Below are positions 1-8,522 of a DNA stretch of 64,000 nucleotides, one piece after another; position 1 is the stretch's first letter; each line of letters begins with the position of its first letter. The DNA is taken from assembly GCA_963752285.1 (NCBI GenBank), contig CAVVXN010000005.1:96001-160000 (forward strand), given 5' to 3'. The notes below the pieces were generated by a model. The model did no database searches and was not told where the DNA came from. It was given only the letters and a program-made list of their open reading frames with translations. The DNA is from an uncultured Planctomycetota bacterium. GTDB taxonomy: Bacteria > Planctomycetota > PLA2 > JAEUHO01. The translations under genes and the position numbers were made by a program.

Positions 1-852
1 CATGGGGTGGGCGCCGCCCGGCACCGCGAGCGTCCACTGGACGTGACGCCGGAGCGCGGCCTCGCCCCGCGCCCGCGCGACGAGAACCCGCGCGCGGGCC
101 TCGGGCGACCCACGGAGCGGCTCGGCCAGCGCCTGCTCGGCGAGGAGCACGTCCGCGAGACCCATGAACGTGCCCGTCGGGTATGCGTCGAGCTGGGCGG
201 CCGCCGGCGCGCCCGGCAGGTAGTAGCCCCAGGAGCCGTCCTCGTTCTGCGCGCGCAAGAGCGTCTCGAGGTGACGGTCCCAGGCGTCGCGCGCGAGCGG
301 CGTGTCGAACCGCTCCGCCGCCCAGAGGCCCAGGGCGGCGAACTGGGAGGTCGAGAGGTTCGCCGGGGGCGTCCCGCCCTTGGGCTCGTAGTCCCAGTAG
401 CCGCCGCTCCGTCGCGGACCGAAGGCGAGCTGGTCGTGGATCTGCCGCAGGACCTTCGGGTGGCTCCGGTCCGCGGCGAGGAGCATCGCGGTGATCCCCG
501 CCTCGTACGTGCGGCGGAGCACGTCGGCGCCGTGCCAGCGCAGGATCCAGTTCAGTGCGCGGTGCGAAGCCTCGGTGCCGTCCGGCGTCCCGGTGTGGCG
601 GAGCGCGAGCGCCGCGAGCGCGGTGTATCCGAGGTTCTCCGCGAAGCTCCCGTCCTTCGACTGCCGGGCCCGGAGCGCGAAGATCCCCCGGCGGATCGCC
701 TGGTGGATCTGCTCTCGGAGCGCCGGGTCCACGCCCGCGGTCTTGAGGCGGATCTCGGTCTCGTCGTAGCCGTCGGCGCGGGCGCCGGGCATCCGGGTCC
801 AGCCGATCCCGAGGAGGACGACGCACCCGAGCCAGGCTGCGGATCGACGCAT
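1..852 (-). CDS. Secreted prenyltransferase/squalene-cyclase-repeat (alpha/alpha toroid) protein, truncated by the window edge
   Basis: Not in the ORF track. Read by hand: ATG at 852 after GGAGGG; MRRSAAWLGCVVLLGIGW (signal-like), then AIRRGIFALRARQSKDGSF, TALAALAL, NLSTSQFAALGLWAA and LLRAQNEDGSWGY (QW-like repeats). The frame stays open to base 1. Confidence 0.7.
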   Translation of the reverse strand, partial: MRRSAAWLGCVVLLGIGWTRMPGARADGYDETEIRLKTAGVDPALREQIHQAIRRGIFALRARQSKDGSFAENLGYTALAALALRHTGTPDGTEASHRALNWILRWHGADVLRRTYEAGITAMLLAADRSHPKVLRQIHDQLAFGPRRSGGYWDYEPKGGTPPANLSTSQFAALGLWAAERFDTPLARDAWDRHLETLLRAQNEDGSWGYYLPGAPAAAQLDAYPTGTFMGLADVLLAEQALAEPLRGSPEARARVLVARARGEAALRRHVQWTLAVPGGAHPM

Positions 853-974
853 CCGCCCTCCCGACGCCGGCCGGCTCCGGCGGGGGAGCGGCGAGGCGTC
901 GAGGCTGGGAACGCAGGGCCTTCGCCGTCGCCACCGCCGCGTCGCGAACGCCCGGATCCGCCGCGCGGGTCCGG

Positions 975-2255
975 TCACGCGACCTCGAGGCCGGAGGGGA
1001 CGCCCCGCGCGAGGTAGAGCGCGGGCGCCAGGCGGTCCCGGACGCGGGGTCCCGAGACCGCCCGTCCGGCCAGCGCGACTCCCCGGTCGCCGAGGCGCGC
1101 GGCGATCGCGGCGAGGCGGGCGCGGCGACCGGGGACGGGCGGATGGAGGTCCGCGCCCCGCCGGACCGTCGCCTCGCGCGGCCGGACGGGTCGGCCGATC
1201 GCGCGCGAGAGGTCCGCGATCGCGGCCTCCTTCCAGATCGGCGACGCGAGGTCCACCGCCGGCCGATCGGGGTCGCCGCCGTAGTGCAGGTCCACGACCG
1301 CCTCGTCGGGCGCGGTCGCCGCGGCGTCGAGGTTGGAGCGGACGACCGCGACGTTGGCGCGAGCGCGCGCGTCGGTCGCGAAGAGGAGACCGCGCACGGG
1401 GGGGAGACGCCTCGCGTCGGGGGGGCCGAGGCGGAGCGTGACCCAGAGGGTCGGTGCGGTCTCGATCGCGCGGAGCTCCTGGGCGGCGAGCGGGTCCAGG
1501 TCGTCGAGGAGTCGCGCCGCGTCGCGCGGGCCGAGCGCGAGGACCACCCGGCGCGCGACGAGGACCGAGTCGTCGGCGAAGTGAACGCGGGGGCAACCCG
1601 GCTCGGCCTCCGGCGCGGCCGAGAGGGAGCGCGCCGACACGTCGATCACCACGTCCACCCGAGGGACCGCCGCGCGGAGCGCCGACCCGAGCGCCGCCTC
1701 TCCGCCTTGGACGAGGCGCACGGCCGGGTCCTCGAGCGGGTGCACGAGGAGCGCGTTCGCCGCGCGGACGCCGCCCCGCGCGTGCGCGGCGACGACGTCG
1801 GGGAGCGCGTCGGCCGCGCCCAGCGCCGCCGCGCGCGGTCCGTAGATCGCGCGTGCGAGCGGGTGGAGCCACGCGCGCGCGTACGCGGGCCGGAAGGCGC
1901 GGTCCGCGAACGTCCCGAGCGTCTCGGGACGCCCGGCGCGGTCGCGACGTGCCCGCGCGAGGGGCACGCCGACCGGTTCCGCCAGCGGGGCGAGGCCCCG
2001 TCGGCGCACGACGAGCACGGGCCCGATCCCCTCGCGAGGGGTGGCGAACGGTGGGGGGCTCGGAAGCCCCGCGAGGAGGGCCTGGACCCTCGGGTCGCCC
2101 GTCTCGAGGAGGCAGGGGCAGTCGGCGCCGTCCCCGGTCGAGAGCGCGTCGTCTCCCGGAACGGAGACCAGACGGTCGGGACGCGCGGCGAGCGCCGCGG
2201 CCCAGCCGGCGAGGTCGTCGCCGATCACGACCCGGTCGGGGATCTCGTCCTCCAT
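975..2255 (-). CDS. Divergent FAD-dependent oxidoreductase, protoporphyrinogen/coproporphyrinogen oxidase (HemY)-like
   Basis: HemY-like segments TFADRAFRPAYARAWLHPLARAIYG, ARRVVLAL and GVALAGRAVSG. The N-terminal dinucleotide motif is degenerate (VIGDDLAG). TACGCT lies 6 nt before the ATG. Confidence 0.5.
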   Translation of the reverse strand: MEDEIPDRVVIGDDLAGWAAALAARPDRLVSVPGDDALSTGDGADCPCLLETGDPRVQALLAGLPSPPPFATPREGIGPVLVVRRRGLAPLAEPVGVPLARARRDRAGRPETLGTFADRAFRPAYARAWLHPLARAIYGPRAAALGAADALPDVVAAHARGGVRAANALLVHPLEDPAVRLVQGGEAALGSALRAAVPRVDVVIDVSARSLSAAPEAEPGCPRVHFADDSVLVARRVVLALGPRDAARLLDDLDPLAAQELRAIETAPTLWVTLRLGPPDARRLPPVRGLLFATDARARANVAVVRSNLDAAATAPDEAVVDLHYGGDPDRPAVDLASPIWKEAAIADLSRAIGRPVRPREATVRRGADLHPPVPGRRARLAAIAARLGDRGVALAGRAVSGPRVRDRLAPALYLARGVPSGLEVA

Positions 2256-2314
2256 GTCGCGAGCGTAACCGCCCGGCGGCTACACTGGTCGCGGAAGCAC
2301 CTCGGGAGAAGGTG

Positions 2315-4258
2315 ATGACGGGTACGTCGGGGATGACGGCTCTCGTGGGCGGTCTCGTGCTCGTGGGGGTGGGGTTCGGCGTGGGGTACGTCGTCGGAGG
2401 AGGCGGCCCGGCGGTCCCCGTGACGGGCACGGCGCTCGATCGACCCGCGGCCTCGGGGCCGTCGGTCCCGCCGCTCGCGAAGCTCGAGGGGGCGCCGGTT
2501 CCCGCAGCGCGCCTGGAGAGCGAGCGCGCCGCAGCGGTCGAGAGCCTCCGCCACGTGCTCGACGCGCTGCCTTTGCCCGAGGTCGAGAGAGGAACCGGGG
2601 TCATCACGGGGACGATCCTCACCGACGAGGGCGCACCCCTCGCGGGCGTCGAGGTCTCCGCGGTCCCCTCGTCGATGCCCGACGACCTCCAGCGGGGGCG
2701 TCCTCCGAACGACGGCGACGACCCGGACGTCGCGACGTCGGTTCGGTGGTACGTGGAGATGCTCCGCTGGCGGAAGCTCGCGCGCGTCGCGACGAGCACC
2801 GGCGCGGACGGTCGCTATCGTGTCGAGGGACTCCTCGACGCGCCCCAGGGCGTGCGGGCGAAGCTCGAAGGCTGGACCTTCCGGGCCAACACGCAGAACA
2901 CCTGGAAGGTCCGCCCGGGCGAGACCGTGGACTTCGTCGCGTCGCGGAGCTGGAGCCTGCGACTGGACCTCCGGCTGCCGAACGGGACGCAGCCGAGGTC
3001 CGCGACCGTGACGTATCGGACCGGCTCGGGGAGCAGCGGCATGGGATGGAGCCCCGAGCGTCCGACCTGGGACGTGGCGCCGGGGTCGTACGAGATCACG
3101 GCCGCGGCCGGAGACGCCCAGGAGTTCCAGTCGAAACCCGTCACGGTGACGGTGCCCCCCGAGGGCCCGGCCCCCGAGGTCCGGATCGACCTCGAGGGCC
3201 ATCCGGTGCTCCAGGGCCGGATCGTCTGGCCGCCGGGAGAGCGCGTTTCGAGCGCCCGCGTGCGGATCGTCCGGATCCCCGCCGGGAAGGCCGCCGATCC
3301 CGCGCTCCTCGCCTCGAGCGGGCAGGACCGCACGGTGTACAACGGCGACGCCTTCACCTTCGCGGACCTCCCGCCCGGAAGGTATCTCGTCGGGGTCACT
3401 CGGGGCTGGTCCGGCCCGCCGGCGGCGACGCAGGAGGTGGAGGTCGGGAACGGGATCACCGATGTCGACGTGAAGGTCCCTTCCCTCGCACCGGGCGAGT
3501 ACGTCCCCGTCCGAATCCTCGATCCGGACGGAAAGCCCGTCTCGAACGTGCAGATCACCGCGGGCTACCGCTCGAAGAACCGGAGCGGGTCGAGTGGCGC
3601 CATCGCGATCGATCGGCCGGGTGGGGAGAAGTGGGTGCTCACGGGCGTGGACGACCCGGACGTCGAGAAGGACGCGCGGTACTGGATCGCGGTGTCCAGT
3701 CCGGCCTACGGCACGAAGACCGTAGAGTACCAACCGGGCGCGACGGCTGCCGCCGAGGTGCGGTTCGAGGAGCCGGGGAAGGTGGACGTGGAGATCACGG
3801 GGCTTGCGGGGACGTCCTACGACGGCCGCGCGCGTGCGCACCTGGGACCGGCGCCCGGGGGTGACGTGCAGCGCGTCATGTCCATCTCGATCCCCGATCC
3901 CGGGCCGGACGGTCGGGTGACGCTCTCCGGAATCCAGCCCGGCGACTACGAACTCGTGCTCTCGCTGAGCTACGGTCGTGGGTCGTCTTCGACGATCGCG
4001 TCCAAGCCCCTGACCGTCCACTCCGGGCCGAATCGGGTCTCCATCGCGATGCCCGCGCTCTACGAGGTCACGATCGACGGCCTGGACCGGAACGCCTACG
4101 TCCGCCCGAAGGAGGGAAACCAGGGCGCGTTCCGGTCCCTCGAGGGGATGGACGGCCGCGCGGTCGTCGATGGTCTCCCGGCCGGCACGTACACGGTGCA
4201 GTCCGGAGCGAAGAAGTCGGACTTCACGGTGCCCGGCACGAGCACCGTCCATCTCTGA
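2315..4258 (+). CDS. Membrane-anchored carboxypeptidase-regulatory-like (beta-sandwich repeat) domain protein
   Basis: GGAGAAGG precedes the ATG at 2315. N-terminal TM segment; repeats of the type GTILTDEGAPLAGVEV...TGADGRYRVEGL and FTFADLPPGRYLV. The track ORF 1454..4258 has a spurious N-terminal extension. Confidence 0.7.
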   Translation: MTGTSGMTALVGGLVLVGVGFGVGYVVGGGGPAVPVTGTALDRPAASGPSVPPLAKLEGAPVPAARLESERAAAVESLRHVLDALPLPEVERGTGVITGTILTDEGAPLAGVEVSAVPSSMPDDLQRGRPPNDGDDPDVATSVRWYVEMLRWRKLARVATSTGADGRYRVEGLLDAPQGVRAKLEGWTFRANTQNTWKVRPGETVDFVASRSWSLRLDLRLPNGTQPRSATVTYRTGSGSSGMGWSPERPTWDVAPGSYEITAAAGDAQEFQSKPVTVTVPPEGPAPEVRIDLEGHPVLQGRIVWPPGERVSSARVRIVRIPAGKAADPALLASSGQDRTVYNGDAFTFADLPPGRYLVGVTRGWSGPPAATQEVEVGNGITDVDVKVPSLAPGEYVPVRILDPDGKPVSNVQITAGYRSKNRSGSSGAIAIDRPGGEKWVLTGVDDPDVEKDARYWIAVSSPAYGTKTVEYQPGATAAAEVRFEEPGKVDVEITGLAGTSYDGRARAHLGPAPGGDVQRVMSISIPDPGPDGRVTLSGIQPGDYELVLSLSYGRGSSSTIASKPLTVHSGPNRVSIAMPALYEVTIDGLDRNAYVRPKEGNQGAFRSLEGMDGRAVVDGLPAGTYTVQSGAKKSDFTVPGTSTVHL

Positions 4259-4315
4259 GCCGTGCGGAGTCACGCGTTCTTCGTCCGCGGCCGTGGCACG
4301 CGACCGCGGCGCGGC

Positions 4316-5662
4316 TCACCCGTAGCGCGCCAGCTTGTTGTAGAGGGTCTTCAGCGCGATGCCGAGCTCGGCCGCCGCGGCGCGCTTGTCTCCGCCGTGC
4401 GCGTTCATGGCCTGGAGGACCGCGAGGCGCTCGAGGTCGTCGAGGCACAGGGTGGGGAGGCTCTCTCCTCGCATCTTCCGCCGCCGCGCGACCAGGTCGT
4501 GCACGTCCTGCGCGCTGATGCGGGGCGCGCGCGCGAGCGTCCGCAGTCGGATCAGCGCGTTCTCGAGCTCGCGGACGTTTCCGGGCCAGTCCAGCGCGCA
4601 AAGGGCGGCCTCCGCGTCGGGCGTCAGCTCGTGCGGATCGTCGGGCGCGTCCTGCTTCAGGAAGTGCTGCGCGAGGAGAGGGATGTCGTCCCGTCGCTCG
4701 CGCAAGGGCGGGACCTGCAGGATGATCGGAGACAGCCGGTAGTAGAGGTCCTCCCGAAACCGCTCCTCCTCGATCTCGTGCTCGAGGTCGCGGTGCGTCG
4801 CCGAGAGGATCCGCACGTCCACGTGCCGGGTGCGTTCCGATCCGACGGGACGGATCTCGCCGAACTGGAGCACGCGAAGGAGCGCCGGTTGGACCGGGAG
4901 CGGCAGCTCGCCGACCTCGTCCAGGAACAGCGTCCCTCCAGCGGCGGCCTCCAGGAGCCCCGGCCGCCGTCGGTGCGCGCCGGTGAACGCGCCGCGCTCG
5001 TGACCGAAGAGCTCGCTCTCGACCAGGCCGTCGGGGATCGCGCCGCAGTGGATCACCACGAACGCCTGCTGGGCGCGGGAGCTCTCCGCGTGGATCGCGC
5101 GGGCGACCAGCTCCTTCCCGGTTCCGCTCTCGCCCTGGACGAGGACCGAGGCCTCCGCCGGCGCCACGCGACGGATCTGCTCCCGCAGCGCCTCGATCTG
5201 GGGGCTCGAGCCCAGGATGCGCCGCACACCCTCGGGCCCGCCGCCGTCGTCCACGGCCGCGAGCCGCTCGAGGCCGCGCACGCGCGTGGCCAGCTCGTGT
5301 CGCTCGCACGCCCGGCCGAGGACCTGCTCGATCTGGTCGAGGGAGGCCGGCTTGGCGAGGAAGTCGTACGCACCCAGGCGGATCGCCTGCACCGCCTCCG
5401 GCACCGACCCGTGTCCCGTGAGCATCACGACCGGAAGGTCCTCGTCGAGCGCCCGCAGGCGGGCCAGCAGCTCCATGCCGCCCATCCCGGGCAGCCGAAG
5501 GTCCACGAGCGCGACGTCGGGCGCCCATTCGCGGAGCGCGTCCTCCACTCCGTTCGCGTCGGGCAGGGAGCAGACCTTGTAGCCGAACCCTTCGATCTCC
5601 TTGTGGAGGACCCGGCGGAGCGTGTCGTCGTCGTCCACCAGCAGGACCAGTCGTTTCGTCAT
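4316..5662 (-). CDS. Sigma-54-dependent response regulator (NtrC family: REC-AAA+-Fis HTH)
   Basis: LLVDDD and DLRLPGMGG receiver motifs; GESGTGKE, ESELFGHERGAFTGA, LFLDEVGEL, WPGNVRELEN; C-terminal AAAELGIALKTLYNKL. Confidence 0.95.
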   Translation of the reverse strand: MTKRLVLLVDDDDTLRRVLHKEIEGFGYKVCSLPDANGVEDALREWAPDVALVDLRLPGMGGMELLARLRALDEDLPVVMLTGHGSVPEAVQAIRLGAYDFLAKPASLDQIEQVLGRACERHELATRVRGLERLAAVDDGGGPEGVRRILGSSPQIEALREQIRRVAPAEASVLVQGESGTGKELVARAIHAESSRAQQAFVVIHCGAIPDGLVESELFGHERGAFTGAHRRRPGLLEAAAGGTLFLDEVGELPLPVQPALLRVLQFGEIRPVGSERTRHVDVRILSATHRDLEHEIEEERFREDLYYRLSPIILQVPPLRERRDDIPLLAQHFLKQDAPDDPHELTPDAEAALCALDWPGNVRELENALIRLRTLARAPRISAQDVHDLVARRRKMRGESLPTLCLDDLERLAVLQAMNAHGGDKRAAAAELGIALKTLYNKLARYG

Positions 5663-7203
5663 GACGTCGCAACCCGTAGCGGCGCGGGGTAGACCACGAA
5701 CCGACAGCCGCCCTCCTCCCGGTCTCCCACCTCGATGCGTCCGCCCATCGCCTCGATCAGGCTCGACACGACGGCGAGCCCGAGTCCGGTTCCCTTTCCG
5801 GGGGCCTTCGTCGTGTAGAACGGATCGAAGATCCGGTCTCGCTGCGACGAGGGGACTCCGAGGCCCTCGTCCAAGACCTCGACGCGACACTCGGCCGCCG
5901 TCGTCGAGCACCGCACGACGATCTCGCCGCCCGGCGGGCTCGCGTCCTCCGCGTTTCGAAGCAGGTTGCTGAACACCTGCACGAAGGACTCCGAGTTGCC
6001 GTGGACCCACGGCGAGCTCTCGCAGCCCTCGAAGCGGAGCTTCAACCCGCGCTCTTCGATGTGGTGCCGAAACATGACCTCCAGGTGGCCCAGGACCAGA
6101 CGGAGGTCCACCATGCCCTGCTTCTCGTCCCCCGGCCTCGACATGGCGAGGAGCCGTTCGGTGATGCCCTTCGCGCGATAGGCTTCCGCCGCGATCGTCT
6201 GGAGGTACTCGCGCGCCTCCTTCGCGTCGAGCTCCCCCCGCCCGAGACGGCGCTCCAGACCCTCGGCCGAGCTGGCGATCGACGCGAGGGGGTTGTTGAT
6301 CTCGTGCGCCAGGCCGGCGGCGAGGACCCCGAGGTCCGCGAAGCGGGCGGCGCGGATGAAGTCCTGCGTCCGCTCGGCAAGACTCGCCTTCAGCTCGCCC
6401 TGGGTCTCTCCGATCCTCGCGGCCATGACGTTGAAGCTCGCGGCCAGCTCTCCGATCTCGTCGTGACGGACGACGGCCAGCCGGTGGCCCAGCTCGCCGC
6501 GGCCGAGCCGCTCGGCGCCGTCGCGCAGCTCGGTGATGGGCGTCGCGACGTGGCGGACGAAGTAGCGACTGATCCACACGAAACCGGCGACGGCGAGGCC
6601 GAGGGAGATCCAGAGCATCCAACGTGCGCCCTCGGCTCGGACGGTGAGGTCGGAGTCGTCGAGACCGGCCTCGTCCCGCGTCACGCGGTCGAGGACCATC
6701 GCGTAGCGGAGCGCGTCGTCCAGGTCGCCGGAGACCGACGCCCGCTCGGTCCGCTCGCCCTCGCTCGTCGTTCCGTCCGCCGCCGTCTGGGCGGTCGCGA
6801 GCGTCGTGTCGATCGAGTGCAGGTCGGTGAGGATCCGCCCGACGATCTGGTCCTCGGCGGCCTGGTGCTCGCCCCGGGAGGGGTCGCGGCCGGCGGAGCC
6901 GCCGCTGAAGTCGAGCAGGGAGCGTCGGAACCCGCGCAGCGAGGCGCGGAGCGCCACGATCTCGGGCGAGCCGCGCGCGAAGCCGTTCGGGTTGCGCGTC
7001 ACCTGCGCGTCGAGCTCGCGGATCCTCGAGCGGAGCTCGTTCGAGAGCAGCGACTCCCGCGTCTCCTCGACGAGCCGGCTCGCGTCCACCTCGATCGCGC
7101 GGAGCTCGAGCGCCGCCGTCGTCGCCGTGAGCGCCAGCAGGAGTCCGAGACAACAGAACAGGAGCCGGGTCTTGCCCTTCAGGCTGAGGAGGGGTCGTCG
7201 CAC
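5659..7203 (-). CDS. Membrane sensor histidine kinase (two TM, HAMP, HisKA, HATPase)
   Basis: HAMP (DEIGELAASFNVM), H-box LAHEINNPL, N-box QVFSNLLRNA, DEGLGV, FDPFYTTK, GTGLGL. GTG start at 7203 is inferred. The stop overlaps the regulator start (ATGA). Confidence 0.9.
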   Translation of the reverse strand: MRRPLLSLKGKTRLLFCCLGLLLALTATTAALELRAIEVDASRLVEETRESLLSNELRSRIRELDAQVTRNPNGFARGSPEIVALRASLRGFRRSLLDFSGGSAGRDPSRGEHQAAEDQIVGRILTDLHSIDTTLATAQTAADGTTSEGERTERASVSGDLDDALRYAMVLDRVTRDEAGLDDSDLTVRAEGARWMLWISLGLAVAGFVWISRYFVRHVATPITELRDGAERLGRGELGHRLAVVRHDEIGELAASFNVMAARIGETQGELKASLAERTQDFIRAARFADLGVLAAGLAHEINNPLASIASSAEGLERRLGRGELDAKEAREYLQTIAAEAYRAKGITERLLAMSRPGDEKQGMVDLRLVLGHLEVMFRHHIEERGLKLRFEGCESSPWVHGNSESFVQVFSNLLRNAEDASPPGGEIVVRCSTTAAECRVEVLDEGLGVPSSQRDRIFDPFYTTKAPGKGTGLGLAVVSSLIEAMGGRIEVGDREEGGCRFVVYPAPLRVATS

Positions 7204-8522
7204 GTCGAGTCGTCCCGATCGCAGGGTGGCCGAGGCCGGCAAACGGTCGCCCAGGGTATCCGCGGCCCTGGCGAGGGACCGGCGCGGCGCCGGAGCGCGG
7301 GGAGCAGGACGCGCGGTTCGAGCGCGCGAAGCGGAGAGATCGAGTCCCCCGTCACCGTCAGGAGCACGTCCATGAGGCCGGGGCGGGCGGAGAGGAGGTG
7401 GAGCACCCGGCGGGCCAGCCGCGGCCGCCGGACGCATCCTTGCAGAGCGCGCGCCATCCAGTTCCGCGGCCCGAGCTCTCGTCGGCGTGCGCGGGCGTAC
7501 GCTTCGAGAGCGCCCCGGTCTCGCCGGCCCGCGGCGAGGGCGCGGTCCAACACGGGCGCGAGCATCTGGGCGCCGCGCATCGCGAAGTAGAGCCCCTCTC
7601 CCGTCAGGGGATCGACGAAGCCGCACGCGTCGCCCACGAGGGCGGCGCCGTCGAACACCTGCTCGTGCGTGGCGGCGGCGAGGGGGCCGGTCGCGAGGAC
7701 CTCCCCGACCACCCGCGCGGACCCGAGCTTCGCCTCGAGGAGGGGCGCTTCCCGGATCCTCGCCCGCACGTAGGCGAGCCGGTCGGTGCCGCCGGTCCAG
7801 CGGTCCCGTTCGACGATGAGGTTCAGCGTCATCAGCCCGTGGTCGACCGGCGCGGCGATCAGGTAGCCGTGGTCGAGGAAGTGGACCTCGGCGAAGGGCT
7901 GCGACGGGACGCCCGCGAACCGGCAGACGAACGCGAGCTTGCGGGCGCGCGTGTCTTCGGCCCGCTGGGCGTGGAGCGCGCGGGCCACGACGCTTCGCAG
8001 GCCGTCCGCGCCGACGGTGAACGCCGCGCGAAGATCGAGCGTCGCCCCGCCGTGCGGGGAGAGCCGCACGCCCTCCACCGGCCCCGTGCCTTCGCGGAGG
8101 ATCCCGGCGACACGGCGCCCTTCGAAGAGCGTGACGCCCGGGTGCCGCGCCGCGGCGCGAAACGAGATCTCGTCCAACACCTCTCGGCGCAGCGCGAGAC
8201 CGTGGACGGAGCGACCCCCACGGAGGCTCGCGTCGAGGTAGCGCCCCCGCGCCGACCGTCCGAGACCGTGGAACTCCATGCGGGAGATCGAACAGGCGCC
8301 GGCGTCGAGGACGGGGCGGAGCAGACCCAGCTCCTCCAGCAGCCCGAGGCACGCCGGGCTCATGAACTCTCCACAGGGCTTCGGCCGGGGAAAGGTTCGC
8401 GCCTCGATCAGCGCCACCCGCCGCCCCAGGCGACCGAGGCGGAGCGCGAGGTGACTTCCGGCCGGGCCGCCGCCGACCACGGCCACGTCGTAGCGCTCGT
8501 CCGGGGGCGGGTGGGGGCTCAC
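7179..8522 (-). CDS. NAD(P)/FAD-dependent oxidoreductase (geranylgeranyl-reductase/flavin hydroxylase family)
   Basis: YDVAVVGGGPAGS, FPRPKPCGE, VGADGLRSVV, LVGDACGFVDPLTGEGLYFA. Confidence 0.85.
   Translation of the reverse strand: MSPHPPPDERYDVAVVGGGPAGSHLALRLGRLGRRVALIEARTFPRPKPCGEFMSPACLGLLEELGLLRPVLDAGACSISRMEFHGLGRSARGRYLDASLRGGRSVHGLALRREVLDEISFRAAARHPGVTLFEGRRVAGILREGTGPVEGVRLSPHGGATLDLRAAFTVGADGLRSVVARALHAQRAEDTRARKLAFVCRFAGVPSQPFAEVHFLDHGYLIAAPVDHGLMTLNLIVERDRWTGGTDRLAYVRARIREAPLLEAKLGSARVVGEVLATGPLAAATHEQVFDGAALVGDACGFVDPLTGEGLYFAMRGAQMLAPVLDRALAAGRRDRGALEAYARARRRELGPRNWMARALQGCVRRPRLARRVLHLLSARPGLMDVLLTVTGDSISPLRALEPRVLLPALRRRAGPSPGPRIPWATVCRPRPPCDRDDSTCDDPSSA

Noticed and set aside
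7..1017. 336-aa + strand ORF at the window start
   Set aside because: It is the shadow of a minus-strand gene (852 to <1) that has an RBS, a signal peptide and recognisable repeats.
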